A DNA stretch of 35,456 nucleotides from an uncultured Dictyoglomota bacterium (lineage in GTDB: Bacteria > Dictyoglomota > Dictyoglomia > Dictyoglomales > Dictyoglomaceae), in NCBI GenBank assembly GCA_964654465.1, contig CAZZIO010000033.1, positions 1 to 35,456 of the forward strand, in the 5' to 3' direction. Shown piece after piece: positions 26,312 through 34,938 of the stretch. Both the position numbers and the translations under genes were made by a program. The notes under the pieces were generated by a model, which saw only the letters and a program-made list of their open reading frames with translations, made no database searches and was not told the DNA's origin. Position 1 is the first letter of the stretch, and each line of letters starts with the position of its first letter.

Positions 26312-27316
26312 TTATCTATAACGCACTCTTGGATCAAAGAAAGGATAAATAAGATCTAAAAATAAAACTGATGTGGTAACTGCTACCACAGATATACACA
26401 TAATTCCCATAATTAAATTATAATCAGCTCTCATTATGGCATCATATAAAATCTGCCCAATTCCTGGATAGGTGAAGACCATCTCTGTGATTAATGCCCC
26501 ACTAAATATTCCTCCAAATTGTAGTCCTAATTGGGTTATCATAGGTAACATGGCATTCTTTATGATATGGCTAAAAACTATATTTTTCTCATCTACTCCT
26601 GCTGTTTTTGCATATATTACGTGATCTTCTGTCTGTATGCTTTGAACAATTAATTTCATACTTTGAAATTGCCAGGCTATTCCCACTACAAGAAGAGTTA
26701 AGGCTGGTAAAGTGGCATGTTTTATTATGTTTAAAATAGTTTGTAGGTTAAAAGACAAAGTTCTTCCTACCCCTATACCTCCCCCTAAGGGAAATATGGG
26801 GAATATATAGGAAAATAAAATAAGAAATATAAGAGCAGTTATATAATAAGGTATAGGTCTTATAATCATGATTAATATATCAATAGCTTCCATCCACTTT
26901 TTTCTAAAATATCCTACAATACCCCCTGCAATGACTGCTATTATCCAACTTAAAATGGTTGTTACAGAAAGAAGCCCTAAGGTCCATGGAAGAGCCATAG
27001 CAAGGAGTTGATTTACAGGTGTTGGGAATCGAGAAAGAGAAGGACCAAAGTTTCCACTAAAAAATCTTTTCCAAAACATTATATACTGGTCCCAAAGGGT
27101 TCCTTCCAGACCATACAATTGTTTAAGGGTTTTGATTATTTCTTCTTGTTGTTCAGGAGAAACATATACTCCAAAGGTTTGATATTGAGTAAGTTGTTGC
27201 TTAACTGGATCTACAGGAAGGAGACGTGGGAAAATGAATATTGCAGTTAAACCAAGAAAAGTTACTATTACATATTGGATTAATCTTGGTATTAAATATC
27301 TTTTTATAAAAGACAT
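26312..27316 (-). CDS. Opp/Dpp-family ABC permease (OppB-like)
   Basis: PRLLPVDP, NFGPS, HATLPALTL, ITEMVFTYPGIG. Start set to ATG 27316 (MSFIKRY), after SD AGGAGG/AAGGAG. Confidence 0.92.
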   Translation of the reverse strand: MSFIKRYLIPRLIQYVIVTFLGLTAIFIFPRLLPVDPVKQQLTQYQTFGVYVSPEQQEEIIKTLKQLYGLEGTLWDQYIMFWKRFFSGNFGPSLSRFPTPVNQLLAMALPWTLGLLSVTTILSWIIAVIAGGIVGYFRKKWMEAIDILIMIIRPIPYYITALIFLILFSYIFPIFPLGGGIGVGRTLSFNLQTILNIIKHATLPALTLLVVGIAWQFQSMKLIVQSIQTEDHVIYAKTAGVDEKNIVFSHIIKNAMLPMITQLGLQFGGIFSGALITEMVFTYPGIGQILYDAIMRADYNLIMGIMCISVVAVTTSVLFLDLIYPFFDPRVRYR

Positions 27317-27342
27317 TTCTCCTTTATTCCTCCTTTTATTGA

Positions 27343-27374
27343 AGGTCAGGCAAGGTGTTAACCTTGCCTGACCT
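27343..27374 (-). other. Perfect 14-bp stem-loop after the Opp SBP gene
   Basis: AGGTCAGGCAAGGT-gtta-ACCTTGCCTGACCT; no U-tract on the minus strand. Confidence 0.75.
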
Positions 27375-27385
27375 ATAATCAATGT

Positions 27386-29305
27386 TTACTTTCTTCCTGT
27401 TGGTCTAATTTGATGGAGAATATATTTTAATTGAGGCCAAGTTGTGAAGTTATCACAACGTGCGTAGTCATTCTTAGGGCTTGGCCAATTGGTCCAGTAA
27501 TATTCATCAAAGACAATAGCAATAGGACAATTGAAACAAGGAATAGCAACCATTTCTTCTATTTGAAGTTTTAAACCTTCAAGACCAAGCTTTTTGATAG
27601 TGGCAAGATCACTCCAGCGAGTTTTTTCAAGAGAAGAGATTATCTTATCCATTCTTGGATCGCTCCATCTGCATGCCCATCCAAGTGTAGGTTCTCCAAC
27701 AGGTCTTACGTACTTACTGTTCATAGCATTGAAGCATAGATAGAGGTCAGGATGTAATCCCCAAGGTTCACCAGCAAACCCACCATGTCCTGTATTTAAT
27801 ACTTCAAATTGTCCATTTAAGGCAAGAGTTGCAGCTGCTGCAGATACATTAAATACAACATCAATTCCAAATTTCTTCCATTGTTCTGCAACTCCAAGAA
27901 TTACAATGTTTGCCATATCAGTGGGATCAGGCCCTCTTAATATGGTTATCTTCCATGGTTTTCCATCAGGTAGATGCCATTTTCCTCCTATTTTCTTGAA
28001 TCCATTCTTTACTAGTAATTTCTCAGCTACTTCAGGAGCATATTTCCACCAACCGTATCCTAATGTTAGTTGTACTTCTTCCTTATTTTTAGGATCAATA
28101 TCTACCTTGTAGTTTTTCTTTGCCCAATCAAGAAGTCTCCAAGGTGCTTCTGGATCCCACGGTTTGAATTTTTCCCCTCCACCAATATCAAGGGTAAGAT
28201 TCTTTAACCATGCTTCTAATGGTTTGAAGTACCAGTCGTAGAAGTTTTTACCTACTACAAGAGGAAGTCCAGGAGTCATAGCCACCATTCCATTATATGT
28301 TGATATGGCTAATTCTACGATGTCAATTGATAAAGCAAGAGCCCATCTTACATCTTTATTATTATAAGGGAATACTAAATGGTTAAAGGCAGGTCCTCTT
28401 GTAGAGATATCTCTTGGGTCAATATATGGCCATGTATCACGATAACTTCTTGTTGTATTACTCATCTTTAGCATTGTTAGCATTTGCTCTGCAGTCCCTT
28501 GTATAACATCTAATTCGTGTCTTAACATAGCCATATTCTGTTTCTCAGGAGGTCCATAATTGATAAATAATACGTACTCTGGTTTAGGTTCTCCAAATAA
28601 TTGTCCTGTGACAGTTCTTTGCCAATCTATTCTCTTTTTCCAAAGTACCCAGTAACCAGCAGGATCATGGCTTACATATACATAAGGACCTAAGCTTACT
28701 GGTGGGTTAAAATCATAGGTAAGTATGTCTTTTACTTTGCTAAATATATGCTTAGGCATGGGTCTAAGAGCTCCCCATCTTTCTAAGAAGAAGGTATGGA
28801 ATCTGGCGTTTGGTTTATTAAGATCTACAACTACTGTATATCTGTCAGTAGCATAAACTCTTTTAACATCTTGCATTGCACCATGATAATCGAGTCCTTC
28901 TGTTTCTTTTACTTTTTGAATTGTAAACACTACATCATCTGCCGTAAATTCAACACCATCACTCCAGTAGATACCTTTTCTTAATTTAATAACAAGTCTT
29001 GTAAAATCTTTATTGTATATTGGACCTTCGGAAGCTAAAGCATTTATAATTCCACCCTTTACTACATCTGGGTTTAATGTCCATAACGGCTCTGTTACAA
29101 ATTGGTGAAGACCGCAGTTTTGGGCTCTCCATCCTGCCCACTGGTTCCAATTACCTGGTACAGGTAAAGGAGCAAAAAGAAATGGTAGAATTAAAGTTTT
29201 GTCTCTGGGTATACCTTGGGGTAGTACTTGGGCTGATGTACCAGTAAAGGAGAAAAGTACCAAGAGGATGGCTAAGACTAAAAATACTTTTTTCAAGGGT
29301 TGCAC
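27386..29305 (-). CDS. Family 5 (OppA/DppA-like) SBP, probably oligosaccharide-binding, Thermotogales type
   Basis: IKLRKGIYWSDGVEFTADDVVFT family 5 signature; Trp-rich; C-terminal YWTNWP; GTG start with SD GAGGGG; same operon as a GH2. Confidence 0.9.
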   Translation of the reverse strand: MQPLKKVFLVLAILLVLFSFTGTSAQVLPQGIPRDKTLILPFLFAPLPVPGNWNQWAGWRAQNCGLHQFVTEPLWTLNPDVVKGGIINALASEGPIYNKDFTRLVIKLRKGIYWSDGVEFTADDVVFTIQKVKETEGLDYHGAMQDVKRVYATDRYTVVVDLNKPNARFHTFFLERWGALRPMPKHIFSKVKDILTYDFNPPVSLGPYVYVSHDPAGYWVLWKKRIDWQRTVTGQLFGEPKPEYVLFINYGPPEKQNMAMLRHELDVIQGTAEQMLTMLKMSNTTRSYRDTWPYIDPRDISTRGPAFNHLVFPYNNKDVRWALALSIDIVELAISTYNGMVAMTPGLPLVVGKNFYDWYFKPLEAWLKNLTLDIGGGEKFKPWDPEAPWRLLDWAKKNYKVDIDPKNKEEVQLTLGYGWWKYAPEVAEKLLVKNGFKKIGGKWHLPDGKPWKITILRGPDPTDMANIVILGVAEQWKKFGIDVVFNVSAAAATLALNGQFEVLNTGHGGFAGEPWGLHPDLYLCFNAMNSKYVRPVGEPTLGWACRWSDPRMDKIISSLEKTRWSDLATIKKLGLEGLKLQIEEMVAIPCFNCPIAIVFDEYYWTNWPSPKNDYARCDNFTTWPQLKYILHQIRPTGRK

Positions 29306-29351
29306 CCCCTCTTTTAAGTAAAATTTTTATTAAAAACTAAGGCACAGGTAT

Positions 29352-29380
29352 ATTATATATAATGAAAAAGTAAATATCAA
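29352..29380 (-). promoter_or_regulatory. Sigma70-type promoter of the Opp-GH2 operon
   Basis: TTGATA (29380-29375), 17-nt spacer, TATAAT (29357-29352). Confidence 0.7.
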
Positions 29381-29547
29381 TAACTAATTTTTTGCTATAA
29401 GAATAAGATTATGAATAGTGTATTTCCTAAAATTAAATCGCAAGATGAATTGGAAAAACTAGATTGGAGTTAGAAAACTTTTTAATAATATTTTTTTAAT
29501 TTTATGATAAAATAGTCAGTAAATATCTATTATTGGGGGTGTAAAGA

Positions 29548-30744
29548 ATGAGAAGTAAAATTTTTATTTTTTTACTCTTAGTTCTATTATTATTGGAGGT
29601 GAGTTTTTCTATGGATGAGGTTAAAAGTATTACTTTGGTTACCAAAGTTTTTCCTGAAGGAGAAAAGGTTTATGCTGTAGTTATTGAATATGCTTATGAA
29701 GTAGATGGGAATAGATTAGCTCCAAACATCTTTGAAGTTGAGTCAAAGATTGGTAATATGGGAAAAAGAACTGTAAAAAGGGTATATGCAAATTCAGATG
29801 GAAGATTAGTAATGAATTTTTTTGCCAATAGAGGAAGATATGTAATTATAGAGTTAGATCCCAAGGATATGAATGCTATTACAACATATTTTGATAACAA
29901 TAGGTTTTTAACGGGTAGGCATAAATTAGAGTATTTAGTAACTCAGAAGACTGATATATATTCTATTGATGGTAAGAAGATTCCAACCTTTTCTTTGGAA
30001 AATACCCATGAGAAACATTTGATTATTGATGATTTTATAGCGGAATTATATCATGATAAGGAGCTAAATGTAGATCTACCATACCGTTTATTTATCCCTA
30101 AGAATACTGATTCTTCTAAAGTATATCCTCTTGTAGTCTTTCTCCATGGAGCGGGAGAAAGGGGAAATGATAATTATTTGCCTCTTGCAGGCAATAGAGG
30201 GGCTATAGTTTGGGCAGAGCCTGGACATCAAGCAGAGCATCCTTGTTTTGTACTTGCTCCTCAATGTCCTCCTTATAGCAGTTGGACAGGACTTATTACT
30301 AGTGGAAATCCTTTTAAGGCGAATAAAGAGCTTTTGGCTGTAGCAAATCTTATTAAGGATTTAATATCTAAGTATAATATTGATAAAAATAGAATATATA
30401 TAACTGGACTTTCTATGGGAGGATATGGTACTTTTGCTATTCTTATGGAGCATCCCGAACTCTTTGCGGCAGCTATTCCCATATGCGGTGGGGGAGATTT
30501 AAATAGAGTAGATAGAATAAAGGATATTCCAATGTGGGTATTTCATGCGGAGGACGACCCATTAGTGCCTGTTTTCTTATCTCGTGAGATAGTAAGAAAA
30601 TTGGTTGATATAGGAGGAAAGGTTAAATATACAGAATTTCCTAAGGATTATCTTGAATCTATAGGGTATCATCCTCATGCATCTTGGGTGCCTGCTTATG
30701 AGAGTGAAGAGGTAGTAGATTGGCTATTCTCTAATTCTAAATAA
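29548..30744 (+). CDS. estA: Secreted esterase with N-terminal Ig-like domain, Thermotoga EstA-like
   Basis: Signal peptide; VKSITLVTKVFPEGEKV, YPLVVFLHGAGERG, nucleophile elbow GLSMGG, FHAEDDP, PHASW. Closely resembles T. maritima EstA as I recall it. Confidence 0.88.
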   Translation: MRSKIFIFLLLVLLLLEVSFSMDEVKSITLVTKVFPEGEKVYAVVIEYAYEVDGNRLAPNIFEVESKIGNMGKRTVKRVYANSDGRLVMNFFANRGRYVIIELDPKDMNAITTYFDNNRFLTGRHKLEYLVTQKTDIYSIDGKKIPTFSLENTHEKHLIIDDFIAELYHDKELNVDLPYRLFIPKNTDSSKVYPLVVFLHGAGERGNDNYLPLAGNRGAIVWAEPGHQAEHPCFVLAPQCPPYSSWTGLITSGNPFKANKELLAVANLIKDLISKYNIDKNRIYITGLSMGGYGTFAILMEHPELFAAAIPICGGGDLNRVDRIKDIPMWVFHAEDDPLVPVFLSREIVRKLVDIGGKVKYTEFPKDYLESIGYHPHASWVPAYESEEVVDWLFSNSK

Positions 30745-30756
30745 TGGGGGTTATAT

Positions 30757-32040
30757 ATGGGGTATATAAGGATATCTGATACAAAGGATTATTTTATTAA
30801 AGATGGAAAAGTGTTTTTCTATTTTGCAGATACTTGCTGGAGTGCCTTTACGAATATCACCATAGAGGAATGGAAAGATTATTTAAATTATAGAAGATTA
30901 CAAGGATTTAATACTATCCAAATTGATGTTCTTCCTCAATGGGATAGGAGTACTACCGATATTTATATGGATCCCTTTGAAGTATTTCCTAATGGAAAAT
31001 GGAATTTTAATAAGATAAATGAAAAGTATTTTGAAAGAGCAAGAAACATGGTAGAGATGATGATTGAAAGAAACCTAATTCCTGCTTTAGTAATACTTTG
31101 GGCAAATTACGTACCAGATAATTGGTTATCTAAGATGTTAGCAGAAAAAGGTGTCTCTCACGTTATACCCAGGGAAAATTTAGAGGAGTATCTATATTAT
31201 GTGATAAACAAGTTTAAGGATTATAATCCTATATTTATAATATCTGGAGATACAAATTTTGAAGGAGATGGAGCAACAGAATACTATTTAAAGGCATTAG
31301 AGATGGCTAAAAAATATGCTCCAAATTCTTTAACGACATTGCATCTTTGTGGTGGTTATGCTGATGTACCTGAGGAAATAATTAATTCTCCTTACTATGA
31401 TTTTTATATGTATCAATCTTGTCATTTTAAAGATAAAATGCATTGGGCATATGAAACAGCCCTTAAATTTTATAATAAAAAAGTTAAGAGGCCTATTGTT
31501 AATGGAGAGCCATGTTATGAAGGAATAGGATCAATAGGAAACTACAATATATATGGTAGATTTACAAGGAATGATGTAAGAAAAGCTGTATGGCAAAGTC
31601 TCCTCTCTGGTGCAAAGGCTGGAGTAACATATGGAGCTCATGGAATATGGTCCTGGGAGAAAGGATTAGGGGAATATTCTGTTTCTGATTATGCTGCACC
31701 ATATTATTGGAGAGATGCCTTAGTATTTCCCGGAGTTTACGATTTGAGTTTTGCAAAATGGGTTTTTGAAAAATATGAATTATATGATATAGAACCAGCA
31801 AATGATTTACTCATAAATGAAACCCAAGAGATAAGAGTATCTAAAGGAAGAAACAAAATTGTAATATATAATCCATATAATTTTAATATAAGATTGAGAT
31901 TAGATGAGGATTATGAATGGGAAGGAATAGAGCTTATGGAAAGGAAATTTTTTGTGCCAGAAGTTAAAAAATCAGAAGGTGAAACAATAATTAAAATGTC
32001 TCCATTCAATGGTGATTCCTTATTAATAGGATTAAAGTAA
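30757..32040 (+). CDS. DUF4038 / GH140 (apiosidase-like) glycoside hydrolase, cytoplasmic
   Basis: FFYFADTCW, RRLQGFNTIQ, ISGD, DFYMYQSCH, RPIVNGEPCYEGI, GVTYGAHGIW. Confidence 0.85.
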   Translation: MGYIRISDTKDYFIKDGKVFFYFADTCWSAFTNITIEEWKDYLNYRRLQGFNTIQIDVLPQWDRSTTDIYMDPFEVFPNGKWNFNKINEKYFERARNMVEMMIERNLIPALVILWANYVPDNWLSKMLAEKGVSHVIPRENLEEYLYYVINKFKDYNPIFIISGDTNFEGDGATEYYLKALEMAKKYAPNSLTTLHLCGGYADVPEEIINSPYYDFYMYQSCHFKDKMHWAYETALKFYNKKVKRPIVNGEPCYEGIGSIGNYNIYGRFTRNDVRKAVWQSLLSGAKAGVTYGAHGIWSWEKGLGEYSVSDYAAPYYWRDALVFPGVYDLSFAKWVFEKYELYDIEPANDLLINETQEIRVSKGRNKIVIYNPYNFNIRLRLDEDYEWEGIELMERKFFVPEVKKSEGETIIKMSPFNGDSLLIGLK

Positions 32041-32043
32041 ATT

Positions 32044-32080
32044 GAGCCCGTAGCTCATAGGCTACGGGCTCTTTCTTCTT
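32044..32080 (+). terminator. Intrinsic terminator between convergent genes
   Basis: GAGCCCGTAGC-tcatag-GCTACGGGCTC followed by TTTCTTCTT. Confidence 0.85.
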
Positions 32081-32085
32081 ACTTC

Positions 32086-32988
32086 TTATTCCTCTCCCAT
32101 TAATCTCTCTACCAAATGATCAAGGAAGGCATTTAGATCTTTCCATCTTATAGCTACTAATATTTCATCTCCCTTTTCATCTGGCACTGTATATCCATCA
32201 TCAGTGACCTTTATTTTTATCGGCTCAATTTCAAGAAATTCGTGAGAATATGCTAAGTACACAGCAACGGTATCAAAAAGTGTTGATGAGTGATTTTCTG
32301 AATCAACTTTTGTCCATGTTACAAGTTTTGCCCATATTTTATAATTTTCTATTAAGGCTTTTAGAATGGGTTTTTCTGAATTATATATCTTTTTGTATCT
32401 TTCTCCATCTAAGAAAACTAAACCACATGTATCAAGAGGAGTTATGAGCTTACTTATAAAATTAGATGAGAAAACTCTTCTAAGGGAAAGGACGTCAGAC
32501 TTTACATTAGCCTCTGGATCTCTCCCATCTTTACCTCCATATCCTTTATATATACTTCCATGCATTCCAACAAAATTACATTTTTTAGGTAGGTCAGGGT
32601 AGATTTCTATTGCTTTTGCTATATTTGTAGCAGGCCCTATAGATACTATAGTAATAGGTTCTTCTGAATTTTTTATTAGATCAACCATAGCTTGAATACC
32701 GTCTTCATATATTTCTCCTTCGTAGGAATTTATATCAAAATCTCTTACAAAAGGTTCTTGAAAATTCAAAGAGTTTTTAGGATCTCCTATACCTATACCA
32801 ATTGGTATTTTTTTTCCTGCTATTTTAAGTATTTTGGCAATAATTTTTGCCCTATAAATAGTATCTCCACTTACTGTAGTTATTAATTTAACATCCAGTT
32901 CAGGAGAGTTAATAAGCATAATAAGAGCCCATGTATCATCAATATCGGTGCCTATATCGGTATCAAGAATTACAGGAATCTTATTCAT
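32086..32988 (-). CDS. Nucleoside hydrolase (IUNH fold) family protein
   Basis: VILDTDIGTDIDD, IGPATNIA, EANV, PLD. Start set to ATG 32988 after SD GGGAGGAG. Confidence 0.88.
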   Translation of the reverse strand: MNKIPVILDTDIGTDIDDTWALIMLINSPELDVKLITTVSGDTIYRAKIIAKILKIAGKKIPIGIGIGDPKNSLNFQEPFVRDFDINSYEGEIYEDGIQAMVDLIKNSEEPITIVSIGPATNIAKAIEIYPDLPKKCNFVGMHGSIYKGYGGKDGRDPEANVKSDVLSLRRVFSSNFISKLITPLDTCGLVFLDGERYKKIYNSEKPILKALIENYKIWAKLVTWTKVDSENHSSTLFDTVAVYLAYSHEFLEIEPIKIKVTDDGYTVPDEKGDEILVAIRWKDLNAFLDHLVERLMGEE

Positions 32989-33022
32989 GATATAATCTCC
33001 TCCCATAAGTTTTTATCCGTTT

Positions 33023-33705
33023 TTATTGGTATGCTTTTCTTAATATCTCAGTAGTTTCTTCAAAGCTCAATTTATATGGATCCCTTTCAAAAAGTCCTCC
33101 CATAGTTTTTATAGCATTATCTGCTAATTTCTCAATTTCATCCCTCCTTATTCCATAGTCAGACATCTTTAAATTGCCTACTCCACATTCTTCTTGTAAT
33201 TTTTTCATAGCTTTTACAAAGGCATATGGTCTTTCCTCATAGGGAAGAGAATCTATGTCAACCCCATAGCTTTCGCGAGCTGTATGTATCTTTCTATTAA
33301 TTTGGAAACAAAAAGCGAATGATGTGCTTCCAAGCTCATAATTAGTCCTTCTAATATATTTACAATGAATCCTTCTAACTTTTCATTGTTCTCAACATTG
33401 CTTATAACTTTCCAGGGATCTGTTTCTGTATCAGTACCAGCTGTAGTAGTTATTGTAACTCTTTGTAGGACAGGTTTTTCTGTGTTAGGAAGAATTTTAT
33501 CAAAAACCACATATTCAACTTTTAAACTCTTTAATATATCAATAAGTCTATCTAAATATCCAAGTTTTTTCATAGAGCCACCTGCAGAGATAACAATAAG
33601 GGCTTTTTCCCCTGGTAATTTTTCATTTCTTAATTTTTCTAGACTACCTGGTCCAAAAAGAATTCTTGGAGGAATATGGTAAATAAATTACAAGATTTCT
33701 TTCAT
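33023..33705 (-). pseudogene. Iron-containing alcohol dehydrogenase pseudogene
   Basis: SD AAGGAGGTG, then MKEIL*FIYHIPPRILFGPGSL...KALIV...GSMKKLGYLDR...ILPN / ITTTAGTDTETDPW / ...AKAMG, frameshift, VDIDSLPYEERPYAFVKAMKKLQEECGV...MGGLF. In-frame TAA at codon 6; the GGGS and iron-binding His segments are absent; only 683 nt. Confidence 0.88.
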
Positions 33706-33756
33706 TTTTTGCACCTCCTTGTTTATTTAATTATGTGATAATTATTTTTAGTAAAA

Positions 33757-33784
33757 ATTATAAACTTAGTGTATTTTTTGTCAA
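33757..33784 (-). promoter_or_regulatory. Sigma70-type promoter of the ADH pseudogene and nucleoside hydrolase
   Basis: TTGACA (33784-33779), 16-nt spacer, TATAAT (33762-33757). Confidence 0.65.
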
Positions 33785-33825
33785 TCAAAGAAGAACGTTT
33801 GTGATAAATTTATTTTTTGAAAACA

Positions 33826-33854
33826 TTGACAAACTATCAAATACTATCTATAAT
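33826..33854 (+). promoter_or_regulatory. Consensus sigma70 promoter of the SIS-SBP operon
   Basis: TTGACA (33826-33831), 17-nt spacer, TATAAT (33849-33854). Confidence 0.85.
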
Positions 33855-33870
33855 AATCTAAAAACAATCA
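33830..33870. promoter_or_regulatory. Four helically phased 10-bp direct repeats, DeoR/FruR-type operator
   Basis: CAAACTATCA, AATACTATCT, ATAATAATCT, AAAACAATCA at 33830, 33840, 33850 and 33861. Confidence 0.55.
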
Positions 33871-33938
33871 ATATATGGGCTATAAATGATCAAAAGTTAA
33901 AAAAGAGGTATTAATCCTCAAGATAAAGGAGGTAAAAA

Positions 33939-34925
33939 ATGTCTTTAGTAGAAAAGGAGATAAAAGAACAAGTTGAAATTTTGCCTCTTACCCTTGAATA
34001 TGTGGAGAATTACCTTGCTAAGGAAAAGATACCATCTTTTATCTTGGAAAATGATCTAATTTATTTTATAGGATGTGGTACATCCTTATATTTAAGCCTT
34101 TCTGCTAGTAGATTTTTTACATTAAAAACAGGGAAGGAGACAAAATTTCTTCCTGGGGGAGAAATATATTTTGCATACCATGAGAATATAGGAAATAAAT
34201 CTTTAAAAAGATCAGCTATTTTAATATCTCGATCAGGAGAATCAACAGAAGTGATTAGAGCAGGAAAAGTTTTTAGAAAAATGAATATTCCAACCTTAGG
34301 CATAACTTTGGAACCCGAGAGTTCTTTAACAAAAATATCTGATGTAAGCATAGTACTTCCTTTTAGAGAAGATTCTATTGTGATGACAAAATCTTTCTCT
34401 GGAATTCTTTTGTCTTTAGAACTTATTGCAAGTTATATGATGGGAGAAGGTTTTAATACTTATAGAAAGCTTGTGCAAAAGACACCTGAGATTATTCAAA
34501 AAATGGAAGAGATAGCTGAAGAGAATCTAAATTTTAAACATTATGTCTTTTTGGGACTTGGAGTGGAAGAGGGAATTGCTAGAGAATCTGCCTTAAAACT
34601 GGAAGAAATGTCTCTATCAAAGGTAGAGGCTTATTCTACTTTTGAATATAGACATGGTCCTAAATCACTAGTAGAAGAGGGTTTTTTAGTATCTCTCTTT
34701 AGAAGAGGATTAAAAGAAGAAGAAGATCTTATACAAGAATTAGAATCTTATGGAGCAAAGGTTATTACTATTGGGGATAATGGAGATCACATTCCTGTAT
34801 CTTATTTGCCAGAAAGCATCTTCCTTAAGGTATTATGGGGACAGATTCTTGGCTTAAAGATAGCTTATTATAAGAATATAAATGTGGAAAGTCCAAGAAA
34901 TCTTTCCAAAGTAGTGAAGTTTTAA
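33939..34925 (+). CDS. Double-SIS-domain amino-sugar-phosphate deaminase/isomerase (NagB-II/GlmD/AgaS-like)
   Basis: GCGTS, SRSGESTE, VMTKSF, ESALKLEE, EYRHGP, PRNLSKVV; no glutaminase domain, so it is not full-length GlmS. Confidence 0.88.
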   Translation: MSLVEKEIKEQVEILPLTLEYVENYLAKEKIPSFILENDLIYFIGCGTSLYLSLSASRFFTLKTGKETKFLPGGEIYFAYHENIGNKSLKRSAILISRSGESTEVIRAGKVFRKMNIPTLGITLEPESSLTKISDVSIVLPFREDSIVMTKSFSGILLSLELIASYMMGEGFNTYRKLVQKTPEIIQKMEEIAEENLNFKHYVFLGLGVEEGIARESALKLEEMSLSKVEAYSTFEYRHGPKSLVEEGFLVSLFRRGLKEEEDLIQELESYGAKVITIGDNGDHIPVSYLPESIFLKVLWGQILGLKIAYYKNINVESPRNLSKVVKF

Positions 34926-34938
34926 AGGGGGTTAAAGA

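Noticed and set aside
29306-29547. Possible ROK/XylR operator around AAAGTAAAT in the divergent promoter region
   Set aside because: Only a half-site in very AT-rich DNA; no convincing palindrome.
27386-30744. Orthology to the Thermotoga bgl (BglE) transporter, suggested by the adjacent estA
   Set aside because: The SBP N-terminus does not match BglE as I recall it, and no ROK regulator, GH3 or GH16 is present; substrate left unassigned.
6962-33006. Longer ORF-track starts at 7015, 17924, 26337, 27382 and 33006
   Set aside because: The extensions run through hairpins, SD sequences or the neighbouring gene; downstream starts with suitable SDs were chosen.
33734-33818. Two TGTGATAA...ATTTTT elements near the ADH promoter as Rex boxes
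   Set aside because: Only one half of TTGTGAA-N4-TTCACAA matches in each; they could be decayed sites but are not supportable.
586-34351. Many short ORF-track entries antisense to or overlapping real genes (e.g. 9540..9890, 11295..11732, 17336..17737, 25388..25975, 33365..33682)
   Set aside because: They are shadows of well-supported genes, with no recognisable motifs or SDs. The similarity among 10401..10637, 10890..11150 and 11295..11732 only mirrors the triple repeat on the opposite strand.
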